A DNA stretch of 64,000 bases from an uncultured Candidatus Saccharibacteria bacterium (lineage in GTDB: Bacteria; Patescibacteriota; Saccharimonadia; CAILAD01; JADZBC01): assembly GCA_964496815.1 (NCBI GenBank), contig CAZCAO010000001.1, positions 17,803-81,802 on the forward strand, given 5' to 3'. Position numbers and translations under genes: made by a program. Positions 20,098 through 30,286 of the stretch are shown piece by piece (positions within the stretch are counted from its first letter, which is position 1; each line of letters opens with the position of its first letter). Under the pieces are notes generated by a model, which did not search any database, had not been told where the DNA came from, and saw nothing but the letters and a program-made list of their open reading frames with translations.

Positions 20098-21497
20098 AAA
20101 AATCATCTACAAATAAGAAATCACCGGCTCGGCATAACACTCCAATCTACATGCCACCTATGCCACGTCGTCAGCGCGCCAAGTCTCGTCATCGTTTGGC
20201 TAAGGCGGCGGGGTGGTTTGGTATCACCTTCGGCTTAATGGGTGTCGTGTATTTTTCTTACGCTGTTTTAATGGGGGGCAATACACCACAGAGCCGCAAT
20301 ATTCTCACTAGGCTCGTGAGCCCTCAGAGCCCGCAGCCAAAATTTGGCAAGATTTTGTTGACCGAGCCTGCAATTAGCTATGATACTAATGCCACCAAGG
20401 CGCTCATCTTCCAGGCCAACAAAGGCTATGTTCTGCCGGTTCAGACAGGCATTAGTAAGCAGGTGATTCGCTACACGTCGTCCGATGAAGAGGGTCGTGA
20501 GGTGCCAGTTTATGCACGTGTATATACACCTACCAGCCCTACGCCAAATAAGAATTTGCCGGTGTTTGCCTTCGCACCAGGGACTACTGGGATTGATGAC
20601 CGTTGTGCTGCGAGTTTGGAAAAACCAGCCGTTGCGAATTGGGCCAATTATGACTCACTGATGGCTGCTTATGCTGCGCAGGGTTACGCCGTGGTCATTA
20701 CAGACTATCAGGGCATGCGAGATCCCGATCGTATGCATCATTACATGATTGGGGCACAGGAGGGTCGAGCTGTTCTTGATAGCGTCCGAGCGCTCAAAAA
20801 CCTCCCAACTACCAAGGACACCATAGATAGTAAGAATATCTTCGTATCAGGCTATTCTCAGGGTGGGCACGCCGCTTTATGGGCCGATATGATAGCTGAT
20901 AATTATGCTCCGGAAATTGACCTGAAGGGCTTAGTCGGCTTTGGCCCCGTAAGCGACGTGCAGACAACTTTGGCTGACATTACCCGCGGGGCTAATATCA
21001 ACTGGTTTGGGCCATTTATCCTTACCTCTTATCAGGACTTTTATCGTACCAATTACAATTTAAGTTCTTTCTTGCTGCCGAAGTGGCAACAGAGTATCAA
21101 AACAGATATTGCCACGCAGTGTATTAATACCGTGATTCCACATTGGGGTAAAAATCCTGCAGCAATTTATCAACCGGAGTTCCTAGCCGCGCTGACACGA
21201 GGTGATCTGTCGGGTAATTATAGCGATCTGGCACGTGATCTGGCCAAAAATCGTGCTGGCACGGTCGCTACACCAACCGCCAAGCTTATTAACCACGGTC
21301 AGAAGGATAATGTAGTACTGCCAAGCCAATCCGAGGCTTTGAGACAACGCCTGTGCTTGATTGGCGGAGGTAGTTTGAGTGTTAAGTTGTATCCTACCGC
21401 GACGCATTACGATACGATGGCACAGAGTTTTAATGACACGATGAACTGGATGTCGGCGGTTCGATCCAATCAACCTCTGCCTTCAAGTTGCCAATGA
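20094..21497 (+). CDS. Membrane-anchored alpha/beta hydrolase (secretory lipase-like)
   Basis: 'VSGYSQGGHAALWA' GxSxG nucleophile elbow; N-terminal TM. Confidence 0.65.
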   Translation: MKKSSTNKKSPARHNTPIYMPPMPRRQRAKSRHRLAKAAGWFGITFGLMGVVYFSYAVLMGGNTPQSRNILTRLVSPQSPQPKFGKILLTEPAISYDTNATKALIFQANKGYVLPVQTGISKQVIRYTSSDEEGREVPVYARVYTPTSPTPNKNLPVFAFAPGTTGIDDRCAASLEKPAVANWANYDSLMAAYAAQGYAVVITDYQGMRDPDRMHHYMIGAQEGRAVLDSVRALKNLPTTKDTIDSKNIFVSGYSQGGHAALWADMIADNYAPEIDLKGLVGFGPVSDVQTTLADITRGANINWFGPFILTSYQDFYRTNYNLSSFLLPKWQQSIKTDIATQCINTVIPHWGKNPAAIYQPEFLAALTRGDLSGNYSDLARDLAKNRAGTVATPTAKLINHGQKDNVVLPSQSEALRQRLCLIGGGSLSVKLYPTATHYDTMAQSFNDTMNWMSAVRSNQPLPSSCQ

Positions 21498-21901
21498 ATG
21501 TATTTGTTTCGGGCAGAATCGATGATATAGAGAGTGTTCGCGAAGTAATGCGAAAGATTGTTGCGTCGGGGCATAAAATTACTCACGACTGGACTAGGAC
21601 GGACACGTTTTTGGGCGGAGCGGTCGATAAGCTGAATAATATCGCCGAGTCAGGTTTGCGTGCCTCGAAGGACATTCAGGGCGTACTCGATGCTGACGTC
21701 TATCTATTGGTAAGTAGTAACGCTACCCTTGGTAAAGGCATGTATGTAGAACTCGGTGCGGCGCTCGCAGCGCATCAATTGTTAAATAAGATACAGGTCT
21801 ATATTATTGGGCCAATGAATCACCTCTCGGTTTTCTATTTACACCCCGCGGTTATACATAAAGATACTATAGAAGAGGTCCTCGCTCACCTAAAAAGTTA
21901 G
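21488..21901 (+). CDS. Nucleoside 2-deoxyribosyltransferase-like protein
   Basis: 'NVFVSGRIDD' and 'GKGMYVELGAALAAHQ' NDT-like motifs. Confidence 0.45.
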   Translation: MPMNVFVSGRIDDIESVREVMRKIVASGHKITHDWTRTDTFLGGAVDKLNNIAESGLRASKDIQGVLDADVYLLVSSNATLGKGMYVELGAALAAHQLLNKIQVYIIGPMNHLSVFYLHPAVIHKDTIEEVLAHLKS

Positions 21902-22417
21902 TAGCACAATGAACATTTGCAGATAGAATAGGTTGATGTTTATTATTTGAAGAATCCAAAAGTACTTATATGGCAGCATGGTCACCATGGGGTATCCTGC
22001 GAGGATGATAAGCTCTATACCAAGTAATAGAAAACGGGTAGCTGTAGGTAGTGGTAGTCCAAATATCGCACCAATGCTCAGCAATATTATAAAGCCACTC
22101 ATGGCAAATGCCAGGGCGGTATGGATAACGCCGTACTTTCCCTTGTCCGGCACAACCGCTTGTGCCCACTGAGTCAGCACACCGGCAAAGGCTAGACTTG
22201 TCAGGACTAAATTTGAGTTTTGAAGCCAAAATATGTTGTAGGCAAAAACTCCGAATGCCAGGCCGCCTATCATGTGGGCAAAAACATAGGCCATATAAGT
22301 GAGGCGGTGCTGTACGGCACGCTCGCTCAAGGTGGATCTGCCGTTGCCCCGTTCATGTAGCACTAAATAGCCGTGGACGATGTTGGTAGCCATAAATGAG
22401 ATTAAAAGCGCCTGCAT
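21890..22417 (-). CDS. Hypothetical polytopic membrane protein
   Basis: 175 aa with ~5 hydrophobic spans. Confidence 0.5.
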   Translation of the reverse strand: MQALLISFMATNIVHGYLVLHERGNGRSTLSERAVQHRLTYMAYVFAHMIGGLAFGVFAYNIFWLQNSNLVLTSLAFAGVLTQWAQAVVPDKGKYGVIHTALAFAMSGFIILLSIGAIFGLPLPTATRFLLLGIELIILAGYPMVTMLPYKYFWILQIININLFYLQMFIVLLTF

Positions 22418-22425
22418 AGTGCTAT

Positions 22426-22458
22426 TTTACCCCAAACAAAAACCGCCCTGCTATGTAT
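22426..22458 (-). terminator. Intrinsic terminator after rplU
   Basis: CCGCCC-N10-GGGCGG hairpin followed on the minus strand by TTTTTGTTT. Confidence 0.55.
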
Positions 22459-22473
22459 GGGCGGAAGTTTTAC

Positions 22474-22779
22474 CTAGGCCTTAATGTCAGTAATGGTCAC
22501 TTCGGAGTACTTTTGACGGTGACCAGTCTTGGTGCTCTGTCGTTTCTTGGCTTTGTACTTTAGTATAACGACCTTCTTGCCCTTTACGGCTTCTTCGGCG
22601 ACTGTGGCCTTGACGACGGCGTTTTCAAGTACAGGCTTGCCAACCTGGACGTTATCTCCGTCGATGATCATTAGGGGCTTAAACTCAACAGTCTTCTCGT
22701 TGCCAAGAAGTTCGGTTTGGATCGTTTGACCCTTTTGGACGATGTACTGCTTTGAGCCAGCTTCGATTACTGCAATCAT
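22474..22779 (-). CDS. rplU: 50S ribosomal protein L21
   Basis: 'MIAVIEAGSKQYIVQKGQ...KYKAKKRQ..GHRQKYSEV' L21 signature. Confidence 0.9.
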   Translation of the reverse strand: MIAVIEAGSKQYIVQKGQTIQTELLGNEKTVEFKPLMIIDGDNVQVGKPVLENAVVKATVAEEAVKGKKVVILKYKAKKRQSTKTGHRQKYSEVTITDIKA

Positions 22780-22914
22780 GTGATTCCTCGTTTTTTGTTA
22801 GTCAATAAACAATCTTAGCAGATTTGGCAGTGTTTGTAAACGCCTTGAGCACCAGTAAAATACCTAGTCGTATCTGTTGGTACATGCTAAAATAGGTAGG
22901 ACAAAGGAGGGTGA

Positions 22915-23676
22915 GTGTCTCATATAATTGCTATTGCCAACCAGAAAGGAGGGGTAGGTAAAACTACCACCAGTATCAACCTGGGCGCCTACTTGGCTAA
23001 ACAAGGCCAAAAGGTATTAATTGTCGACTTGGATCCTCAAGGCAATAGTTCGAGCGGCCTGGCGATTGCCAAAAATCAATTACCGGCTACGGCATACAAT
23101 GTACTGATCGAAGGCGTTGTAGCAAGCGATGCCATTCAGGCTACTGGCGTGCCAAAACTCGATGTGCTACCGGCCAATGCCGTCTTAGCAGCTGCCGAAT
23201 TAGAGCTATCGACCATGCAACAAAGAGAATACCAGCTGCGCAAGGCACTCGGCGGTTTAGACTATGACTACATCCTGATTGACTGCCCCCCTTCGCTCGG
23301 GCTACTGACGCTCAATGGGCTCGTTGCGGCGACTCACTTGCTTATACCTGTTCAGTCTGAGTATTATGCCCTTGAGGGCCTCGGCCAGCTCTTAACAACA
23401 GTAAAAAGGGTGCGACAAGGCCTTAACCCACAGCTCACGCTGCTTGGTGTGGTCATCACAATGCATTCATCACGAACGAGTTTAGCCGCTCAGGTACAAA
23501 AGGAATTGAAACATCATTTTCCAGATACATTGTTTGATACAATAATTCCACGTAATATTAGATTAGCAGAGGCGCCAAGCCACGGCCGACCGATAAGCCA
23601 GTATGATAGGTTTTCCAAAGGCGCCCAGAGTTATAAGAAGCTTGCGAAGGAGGTAATGCAGCGTGTCAGCAAATAG
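22915..23676 (+). CDS. parA: Chromosome partitioning ATPase ParA/Soj
   Basis: 'KGGVGKTTT' deviant Walker A; GTG start after AAAGGAGGG. Confidence 0.9.
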   Translation: MSHIIAIANQKGGVGKTTTSINLGAYLAKQGQKVLIVDLDPQGNSSSGLAIAKNQLPATAYNVLIEGVVASDAIQATGVPKLDVLPANAVLAAAELELSTMQQREYQLRKALGGLDYDYILIDCPPSLGLLTLNGLVAATHLLIPVQSEYYALEGLGQLLTTVKRVRQGLNPQLTLLGVVITMHSSRTSLAAQVQKELKHHFPDTLFDTIIPRNIRLAEAPSHGRPISQYDRFSKGAQSYKKLAKEVMQRVSK

Positions 23677-24559
23677 TCAGAATACTAATCGACTGGGTAG
23701 GGGGCTTGAGAGCCTTATACCGACAGATATTGATGAGTTTGCCGCCCCTTCGATGCCGAAGGAGCTGATAAAAGAAGGCGCTCGAGTCGAAGACTTAGGT
23801 ATCAACGATATTGTGCCGAACCCAAATCAGCCACGTTCAACTTTTTCCGATGAGCAACTGGGCGAAATGGCACAATCAATTAAGGAGCATGGCATCGTTC
23901 AGCCGCTCGTGGTGGTGCGCGACGGCAGTACCTATCAGTTGATTGCTGGCGAGCGGAGATTGCGTGCTGCTAAGCTCGTTGGCCTAAAGACCGTGCCCGC
24001 AATAGTACGTAGCTTTTCGCAGCAAGAGCAGCTCGAGGTGGCTTTGATTGAAAACATTCAGCGTAGTGAGCTCAATGCCTTGGAGCTCGCTAGTGCCTAC
24101 GCCAAGTTGGCCGATCAGTTTAGCATGACGCTCGAGCAGATATCGCAGCGTGTTGGTAAAGCGGTTTCTACAGTGGGCAACATTATGCGCTTGCTGAACC
24201 TGCCACACGAAGCCAAAAAGGCTCTCAATGAGGGCCTAATCACCGAGGGCCATGCCAGGCAGATCCTTGCCGTGACAGATCCGGAGGATCAACTGATCTT
24301 TCTCGACATGATTATCAAGGGCGGACTGAATGTGCGTCAGGCCGAGGAATTGGCCCGTAATTTCAAAAAGGAAGGTAAAGCGGCGGTTAAGAAGGTGGTT
24401 GAAAAGCAAACCTACAATGCGCAACTAACTGCCGATCTCGGCAGGTATCTTGGTACCAAAGTAGATGTCCAAAAGACCGCCAAGGGTGGCAAGCTGGTGA
24501 TTGAATTCTATTCCGACGAGGAGCTTGGTCGTCTGTATCATCAAATCCTAGGGGAGTAA
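23663..24559 (+). CDS. parB: Chromosome partitioning protein ParB/Spo0J
   Basis: 'GERRLRAAKLVGL' ParB box, HTH. Confidence 0.9.
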   Translation: MSANSQNTNRLGRGLESLIPTDIDEFAAPSMPKELIKEGARVEDLGINDIVPNPNQPRSTFSDEQLGEMAQSIKEHGIVQPLVVVRDGSTYQLIAGERRLRAAKLVGLKTVPAIVRSFSQQEQLEVALIENIQRSELNALELASAYAKLADQFSMTLEQISQRVGKAVSTVGNIMRLLNLPHEAKKALNEGLITEGHARQILAVTDPEDQLIFLDMIIKGGLNVRQAEELARNFKKEGKAAVKKVVEKQTYNAQLTADLGRYLGTKVDVQKTAKGGKLVIEFYSDEELGRLYHQILGE

Positions 24560-24561
24560 AA

Positions 24562-25017
24562 ATGGCAATTCGAGTACATGAACTCGGGCACATAGTGCTT
24601 TATGTGCGCAACGTGATTCGCTCCTCAGAATTTTACGAGAAGGTTTTAGGCTGGGAAAGACTGTCTAGCTCAGCTGATTTGCCGGTTGCTTTGTTCTCAA
24701 GTGGTCGAACTCATCATGAGTTGTTACTAATTGAGGTTGGCGAAGCTGCGGGCAGAGTTAGGGGTGGCTATCGAACAGGGTTGTACCACTTTGGGCTTAA
24801 GGTGGGTGACAGTGATGACGAACTCAGAGAGGTCGCCCGTGTATTACGTAAAAATGGAATAGAAGTTGCTGGGGCAACAGATCATAACGTGACGCACAGC
24901 TTGTACATTGAAGACCCTGATGGCAACGAAATTGAGTTATACATTGATGTGCCAGGTGTTGACTGGAGGTCTAATCCAGGCTTGATTATGGCCCCGCCTA
25001 AGCCCCTAGAGCTATGA
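24562..25017 (+). CDS. VOC family protein (glyoxalase/bleomycin-resistance/dioxygenase fold)
   Basis: 'HIVLYVRNVIRSSEFYEKVLGWE' and 'HSLYIEDPDGNEIELY' VOC pattern. Confidence 0.75.
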   Translation: MAIRVHELGHIVLYVRNVIRSSEFYEKVLGWERLSSSADLPVALFSSGRTHHELLLIEVGEAAGRVRGGYRTGLYHFGLKVGDSDDELREVARVLRKNGIEVAGATDHNVTHSLYIEDPDGNEIELYIDVPGVDWRSNPGLIMAPPKPLEL

Positions 25018-25862
25018 ATGTAGACAGCTTCATTCCCTTTGATAAATCTTGGCTAATCCGTTTAGGTGTTTTGGATATTATTAACGGTAGAGATCAGATA
25101 ATTAGGGTTCTAGAGAGAGCGCCGGCCAGGTCTTTAGGTTCCGACCTCGAGGCACTACTGCGAGCAGCGCGTTTTTGGCATATAGGTACAGAGATTGATG
25201 TCGGAGAGTCGGGTACATTGTATCGCTTTTTAATGTTCGCAAATTGGAAGTTTGGCATGGGCGTTCATTTTAAGACCAAGGGCACATTACAGGAGAGAAA
25301 ACTAACGGTCGATGACTCTGTTATAGGTATGTCCGTTAAGGATTTACTTAAACTTGATTCTCATACGTCGCAGTGGGCTAGCGCGGCTGTGCTATTTACT
25401 GACACGCCGAGACCCCCTGGAACTCTGCCATACCATCTAGAGATGACCTTCAAAGCAAAGGAGCATTGGAACGAACGAATTGATAATGGTTTGGATTGGT
25501 TACCTCGTAGGGATGCCACAATCTTGCGTCAGGCACACGCTTATAAGTTTTATTGTGATAGTGGAGTTATGGAGTTTACGCCAATCCAGGCAGAGGACTA
25601 TTGCTTTGCGCGCGCCTTTGGCCTAATGACTGCCAGTGATGGCGAAGCGCGATGGCCGAGTTTGCGGCAACACGAGAGCGATCGTATTGCCGAAATGGAG
25701 CGGCTCTTAGTAGCCGATGCAATAGATTCTCATGACCATCGAGTCGTACAGGCGCTTGCAATGTTGGGTGTGAAAAAATCACGCTTTAGCGATCCTGCCT
25801 GTGTTGCCAAGACCTGGCCACAGTTCTGGGATTATTTGGATGCCGTTGCAGTTCGAACTTAG
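25014..25862 (+). CDS. Truncated EPSP-synthase (AroA/EPT-fold)-like protein
   Basis: N-terminal 'DKSWLIRLGVLD...IDVGESGTLYRFL' resembles AroA 'SKSisnR...LDcGNSGTamRLL'; C-terminal 'HESDRIAEM...DHRVVQALAMLG...DPACVAKTWPQFWDYL' resembles AroA 'KESDRI..DHRmAM...dpkCtaKTfPdyF'; only 282 aa (AroA ~430). Confidence 0.5.
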   Translation: MNVDSFIPFDKSWLIRLGVLDIINGRDQIIRVLERAPARSLGSDLEALLRAARFWHIGTEIDVGESGTLYRFLMFANWKFGMGVHFKTKGTLQERKLTVDDSVIGMSVKDLLKLDSHTSQWASAAVLFTDTPRPPGTLPYHLEMTFKAKEHWNERIDNGLDWLPRRDATILRQAHAYKFYCDSGVMEFTPIQAEDYCFARAFGLMTASDGEARWPSLRQHESDRIAEMERLLVADAIDSHDHRVVQALAMLGVKKSRFSDPACVAKTWPQFWDYLDAVAVRT

Positions 25863-26674
25863 TACGTAGGGTGCTTGAGTGGGCCGAGTTCATTAATTGG
25901 TAGTAAGCGTGCGGTGGCAACTCCAACGATATCAAATCTGGGTAGTTGTCCCCATTCGCGTGAATCAAAGCTACCATTCGGTGAACGATTATCGCCAACT
26001 ACAAAATATTTATCATCCTCGATAACTTCGTCGATCTCGCCCTGTGTGGTTAGAGATTGGTCTATATAGGGCTCATTCAGCACGAGGCCACCGGGATTTT
26101 CCTTGTTATATATAGTGAATTTACCATCCTTCAAAACTACACGCTCGCCCGGTAGGCCGATAAGGCGTTTAATGAAGAACGTACCAGGGCTGTTTGGGTA
26201 ACGAAACACCAAGACGTCGCCGCGTTTGAGATCTAAGCGCGTATCCATGCCAAGCGTTGCTTTGATAGTTGTAAGAGTGAAACCTACCTTGTCGATAATG
26301 AGGTAATCCCCATCTTGGAAATCAGGGTTCATACTGCTCCCCGATACATAGAAGGCCTGGAAGACGAAACTGTGCAAGAATAAGACAATGAGACCTGGAA
26401 GCACAACCCAACTAAAAATCGTTTTAAGCACGCCAAGGATTGCACTGGCTGGTCTTCCCTCGTCCTCGAAATCATCCTCGGCTTCTTGGGTGACTGCCTG
26501 CTCGGCCGCGGGCTTGATAGGCGGAGCTAACTTTGTCTGGTGTGCTGGCGTTGGACTTTGGTGAGGAGGCATGCTGGTCGGCTGCACAGGTGCTGCGGCC
26601 TGAGCCGGTGTTGGAGTCGGCTTTGGTTGGGGCTGCACTGGATGAGATTCGGGGTCTTGTTGCATAGCTATCAT
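25859..26674 (-). CDS. lepB: Signal peptidase I with Pro/Ala-rich N-terminal extension
   Basis: 'GSSMNPDFQDGDYLIIDK' S26 Ser box, 'VVGDNR' box; true start may be Met4 at 26665 (TATAAT 7 bp upstream). Confidence 0.85.
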   Translation of the reverse strand: MIAMQQDPESHPVQPQPKPTPTPAQAAAPVQPTSMPPHQSPTPAHQTKLAPPIKPAAEQAVTQEAEDDFEDEGRPASAILGVLKTIFSWVVLPGLIVLFLHSFVFQAFYVSGSSMNPDFQDGDYLIIDKVGFTLTTIKATLGMDTRLDLKRGDVLVFRYPNSPGTFFIKRLIGLPGERVVLKDGKFTIYNKENPGGLVLNEPYIDQSLTTQGEIDEVIEDDKYFVVGDNRSPNGSFDSREWGQLPRFDIVGVATARLLPINELGPLKHPTY

Positions 26675-26749
26675 TATAGCTTGGCATAACCAGGATTGAA
26701 AGTGCCATAAGCTTTACGAATAGAGTGCGGAGTCAGTATAATAGGGCTA

Positions 26750-28237
26750 ATGCGCCAGAAAAAACCTACAAGGGGGGTGAGTATAGCAACGAGTCGTAAC
26801 AGTGGAGGAGGCGACCCGGCTTTTATTTATGACCCAAAGCGTCGCAAGGTTAAGAGTGAGCATGGCTTAAGGACAGCTTTGGTGATTGGGATGCTCGTGT
26901 TGCTAGCGGGGGGGAGTGCTTTTGCCGCCAAAAGCTATTTATCGCTCGGCAAAGTTATTCAACGCAACACGGGTGTGAGCGCCAGTGGGCTTAAGGGCAA
27001 ACTTCAGCTCTCGCAGCTAAAAGGCGAAGGCGAGGGCAGGGTAAACATTTTGCTTCTAGGCGTTGGAGACAGTAACCATTCGGGAGCGCAATTAAGCGAC
27101 ACGATGATGGTTCTAAGTATTGACCCTCAGACGAACGACGTGGCTATGCTTGGGATCCCACGGGATCTTTGGGTGAATATACCTGGCTTCGGCTATAGCA
27201 AGATTAACGCCGCACATGCCTACGGCGAACAGCTGAAGAAAGATGGTGGTCCAGAGATGGCCAAGAAAGTAGTGAGTACGACATTAGGAGTGCCGATTCA
27301 TTACTTTTTCAGAGCCGACTTTACGGCCTTTAAGCAGGCGGTTGATTCGGTGGGGGGCGTAGATATTGATGTCAAACAGGCCCTCTATGACCAGGAATAC
27401 CCATGTGAGAGAAACGAGAATTTATCATGCGGATTTCGTTTGAAGGCCGGACTTCAGAAAATGGATGGTACCACGGCACTGCGTTATGTACGTTGTCGTA
27501 AGGGGAATTGTGGGGACGATTTCGGACGTGCTCAGCGACAACAGCAAATCATCCTAGCACTTAAAGCTAAGGCACTCAGTATGAAGACATTGCTTGACCC
27601 TACTAAGCTATCAGGCCTGATTGATACTGTGGGTGACAATATTCGACTTGATATGCAGATTGCTGAAATCCAACGCCTGATTGATATTAGTAAGAAAGTC
27701 GATGCTTCCAAAATCGTGAATGCTGTACTTGATAATGATGCAGATAAGGGTACGAACTTGGTGCGGACGGCCAATATCGGCGGTGCAAGCGTGGTTGTGC
27801 CTACAGCAGGAATTGGAAATTACGGTCAAATTCAGCGTTACGTGAAGTCAATATTTGTCGATGGCTACATACAGCAGGAAAAAGCGCGAGTCGAGGTACA
27901 GAACGGCACTGCTCGACCTGGACTTGCTCTGAATGCCGCCAACATGTTGAAAGGTTACAATTACAATGTTATAAATACTGTGTCAGCTGATCGATCTACC
28001 TATACAAAAACTCAGATCGTGGACTATAGTGGTGGTAAGGTTCCTTACACTTTACGCTACCTAGAAAAGAGATTTGGCGTGAAGGCAACACGAGCTCAAA
28101 CTGTAGCTCAACAGTCAAATACACAGAATCAGACCGCAGCCAATGTCCGACCAGCCACAGGATCGCTGACGACAGCACAGCCTCAGATTGTGATCATCAT
28201 AGGCGCTGATTACAAGCCGACTAACCTATACGAATGA
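26750..28237 (+). CDS. LytR-CpsA-Psr (LCP) family cell-envelope phosphotransferase
   Basis: 'NILLLGVGD...DTMMVLSIDPQTNDVAMLGIPRDLWV' LCP core; N-terminal TM; TATAAT 7 bp before ATG. Confidence 0.85.
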   Translation: MRQKKPTRGVSIATSRNSGGGDPAFIYDPKRRKVKSEHGLRTALVIGMLVLLAGGSAFAAKSYLSLGKVIQRNTGVSASGLKGKLQLSQLKGEGEGRVNILLLGVGDSNHSGAQLSDTMMVLSIDPQTNDVAMLGIPRDLWVNIPGFGYSKINAAHAYGEQLKKDGGPEMAKKVVSTTLGVPIHYFFRADFTAFKQAVDSVGGVDIDVKQALYDQEYPCERNENLSCGFRLKAGLQKMDGTTALRYVRCRKGNCGDDFGRAQRQQQIILALKAKALSMKTLLDPTKLSGLIDTVGDNIRLDMQIAEIQRLIDISKKVDASKIVNAVLDNDADKGTNLVRTANIGGASVVVPTAGIGNYGQIQRYVKSIFVDGYIQQEKARVEVQNGTARPGLALNAANMLKGYNYNVINTVSADRSTYTKTQIVDYSGGKVPYTLRYLEKRFGVKATRAQTVAQQSNTQNQTAANVRPATGSLTTAQPQIVIIIGADYKPTNLYE

Positions 28238-29016
28238 CAAAAACACAGCGTACTATAATACTATTTATACCAATTCAGGCTTTGGTAGTTTTTCTATTCT
28301 TCTACCTAACTCGTTATTGGGTGGCTGGATTGGCAATTCAGGCCGGATTAACACTCATTATGACACGTCGCTTGTTGACTGCAGGCAACCGAGCAGTTAT
28401 TGCTGCTAAGTCCCTTCAGCCATTTTTATTCATAGGGACCGCATCCCTTTATAGCGTGCTACTCGTTCAGCTTTATGGTGTTAGTATACCTTTCTTCGTA
28501 CTCCAGACACTCATTATTAGCACATGTTTTGGCCTTGTTAGTTATGCGGCCTTGCGTTCACGTATTCCAGTTTGGGCCAGTAGTATAATCAGCCTTGTCC
28601 AGGTTGGATTGGTTGCGAATTTTGCTTTACTCAGCATGGCTTATTGGCGTGTGCCAAGTTTCTTGATATTGCCTTTGCTGTTTGTGGCTCTCGGCTATGT
28701 TGCGTTGTGGTGGATCATTGAAGTTGGACGGGCGGAAGATGCCCCAACGTTGTATGCTTCGACCTTTGCCCTATTAGCTGCTGAGCTGGTCTGGGCGTAT
28801 TCTCATTGGGTCTTGGTTTATCAATTGCCCCGTCTCAATATTGTAATTTCTCAAGCTGCTATAATCATCGGTGCCCTGGCCTATACTACTGGAGGTATAC
28901 ATTTGCATCGCAGCAGTAAGCGCTTGCGACCGCAGCTGATTTTTGAATACCTAGCTGTATTTGCAGTAGTATTTTTAGCAACGTTCTTAACTACTCGCTG
29001 GGTGAGTGGGCTTTAA
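28234..29016 (+). CDS. Hypothetical polytopic membrane protein
   Basis: 260 aa, ~8 TM helices; ATGA overlap with LCP gene. Confidence 0.5.
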   Translation: MTKTQRTIILFIPIQALVVFLFFYLTRYWVAGLAIQAGLTLIMTRRLLTAGNRAVIAAKSLQPFLFIGTASLYSVLLVQLYGVSIPFFVLQTLIISTCFGLVSYAALRSRIPVWASSIISLVQVGLVANFALLSMAYWRVPSFLILPLLFVALGYVALWWIIEVGRAEDAPTLYASTFALLAAELVWAYSHWVLVYQLPRLNIVISQAAIIIGALAYTTGGIHLHRSSKRLRPQLIFEYLAVFAVVFLATFLTTRWVSGL

Positions 29017-29064
29017 GGTACTCTTCAGCTTGGTGTAGATAATAGAATTGAACAAAGGAGTAGC

Positions 29065-30282
29065 ATGAACAGTAGTCAACAAGCAAAACCTAAAACCTCA
29101 CGTTCGGCTGCTGACACAAAGGCAATGGAGAAGCCAATCGAGAGACAGGTTGGTAATAGTCTCGACCAACACCTGACAACCAAAAAGCGTGTGGTTGCCT
29201 TGTTGAGCGGGGTGGGGCTATGTCTGGTGGCTGGTTTCGTAGGTGCCTGGTTATACCTGGGATTCCTGGGTGGCACAACTCGACTTGTGGAGGAACGCAA
29301 AAGCCTTTTGATTAAAGAGGATTCGGCAGTTATTAATGTGGCGCAACAGGTCTCGCCCAGCGTCGTGAGTATTACCGCTAACAGTAATTCGGTTGATTTC
29401 TTTGGGCAGAATCAAACCGAGGCATCTTCTGGAACGGGTATTATTCTCAAATCCGATGGCTTAATTTTGACAAACAAGCACGTGGTAGAGGGTGGTGATA
29501 GTTTTATGGTGATTACGAGCGACGGCAAAGAATATAAAGACGCCAAGGTAGTCGCAAAGGATCCGAGCAATGACATTGCTTTTCTCAAGATTGACGCCAA
29601 AGGCCTGACAGCAGCTAGCTTGGGTGACTCATCGAAGGTACAAGTTGGTCAGAGGGTTATCGCAATTGGTAACGCCCTGGGTCAGTTTCAGAACACCGTA
29701 ACGACTGGTGTGATATCTGGCAAAAGTCGACCAATTACTGCCACCGGCGGCAATGGCACGGAGAGCCTACAAAACTTGTTCCAGACTGACGCTGCGATTA
29801 ACCCTGGTAATTCTGGCGGCCCCCTCGTGAACATCGCCGGTGAAGTTATAGGCATTAATACAGCCGTGGCTGGCAACGGCGCCGAGAACATCGGCTTCGC
29901 CATACCGATTAATGAGGCCAAGAAAGACATTGCAACGGTAGCAGCGAATGGTAAGATCACGCGCGCTTACCTGGGTGTACGCTATGTCCCGGTAACGCAG
30001 GATGTTGCGGTGCGGAGTGATATTTCGGAAAAGGCAATTGGTGGCGCGTTGGTCGCAGGCCGTGATGGTAGTGGCGTTCTGCCGGGCAGCCCTGCTGACA
30101 AAGCCGGCATCAAGCAAGGCGATGTTATTACCCGGCTTAACGATACAGTACTCGATGAAAACAACTCACTCGCTTCGGTTATTGCGAAATTTAGCGTTGG
30201 TGACACAATCCGTATCACCGTTTTACGCGACAACAAAGAAGTAGTCCTGCGGGCTAAATTGGCCGAGGCGCCTGCACAGTAA
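29065..30282 (+). CDS. htrA: HtrA/DegP-family serine protease with PDZ domain
   Basis: 'GTGIILKSDGLILTNKHVV', 'GNSGGPLVN' catalytic Ser; AAAGGAG RBS. Confidence 0.9.
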   Translation: MNSSQQAKPKTSRSAADTKAMEKPIERQVGNSLDQHLTTKKRVVALLSGVGLCLVAGFVGAWLYLGFLGGTTRLVEERKSLLIKEDSAVINVAQQVSPSVVSITANSNSVDFFGQNQTEASSGTGIILKSDGLILTNKHVVEGGDSFMVITSDGKEYKDAKVVAKDPSNDIAFLKIDAKGLTAASLGDSSKVQVGQRVIAIGNALGQFQNTVTTGVISGKSRPITATGGNGTESLQNLFQTDAAINPGNSGGPLVNIAGEVIGINTAVAGNGAENIGFAIPINEAKKDIATVAANGKITRAYLGVRYVPVTQDVAVRSDISEKAIGGALVAGRDGSGVLPGSPADKAGIKQGDVITRLNDTVLDENNSLASVIAKFSVGDTIRITVLRDNKEVVLRAKLAEAPAQ

Positions 30283-30286
30283 ACAG

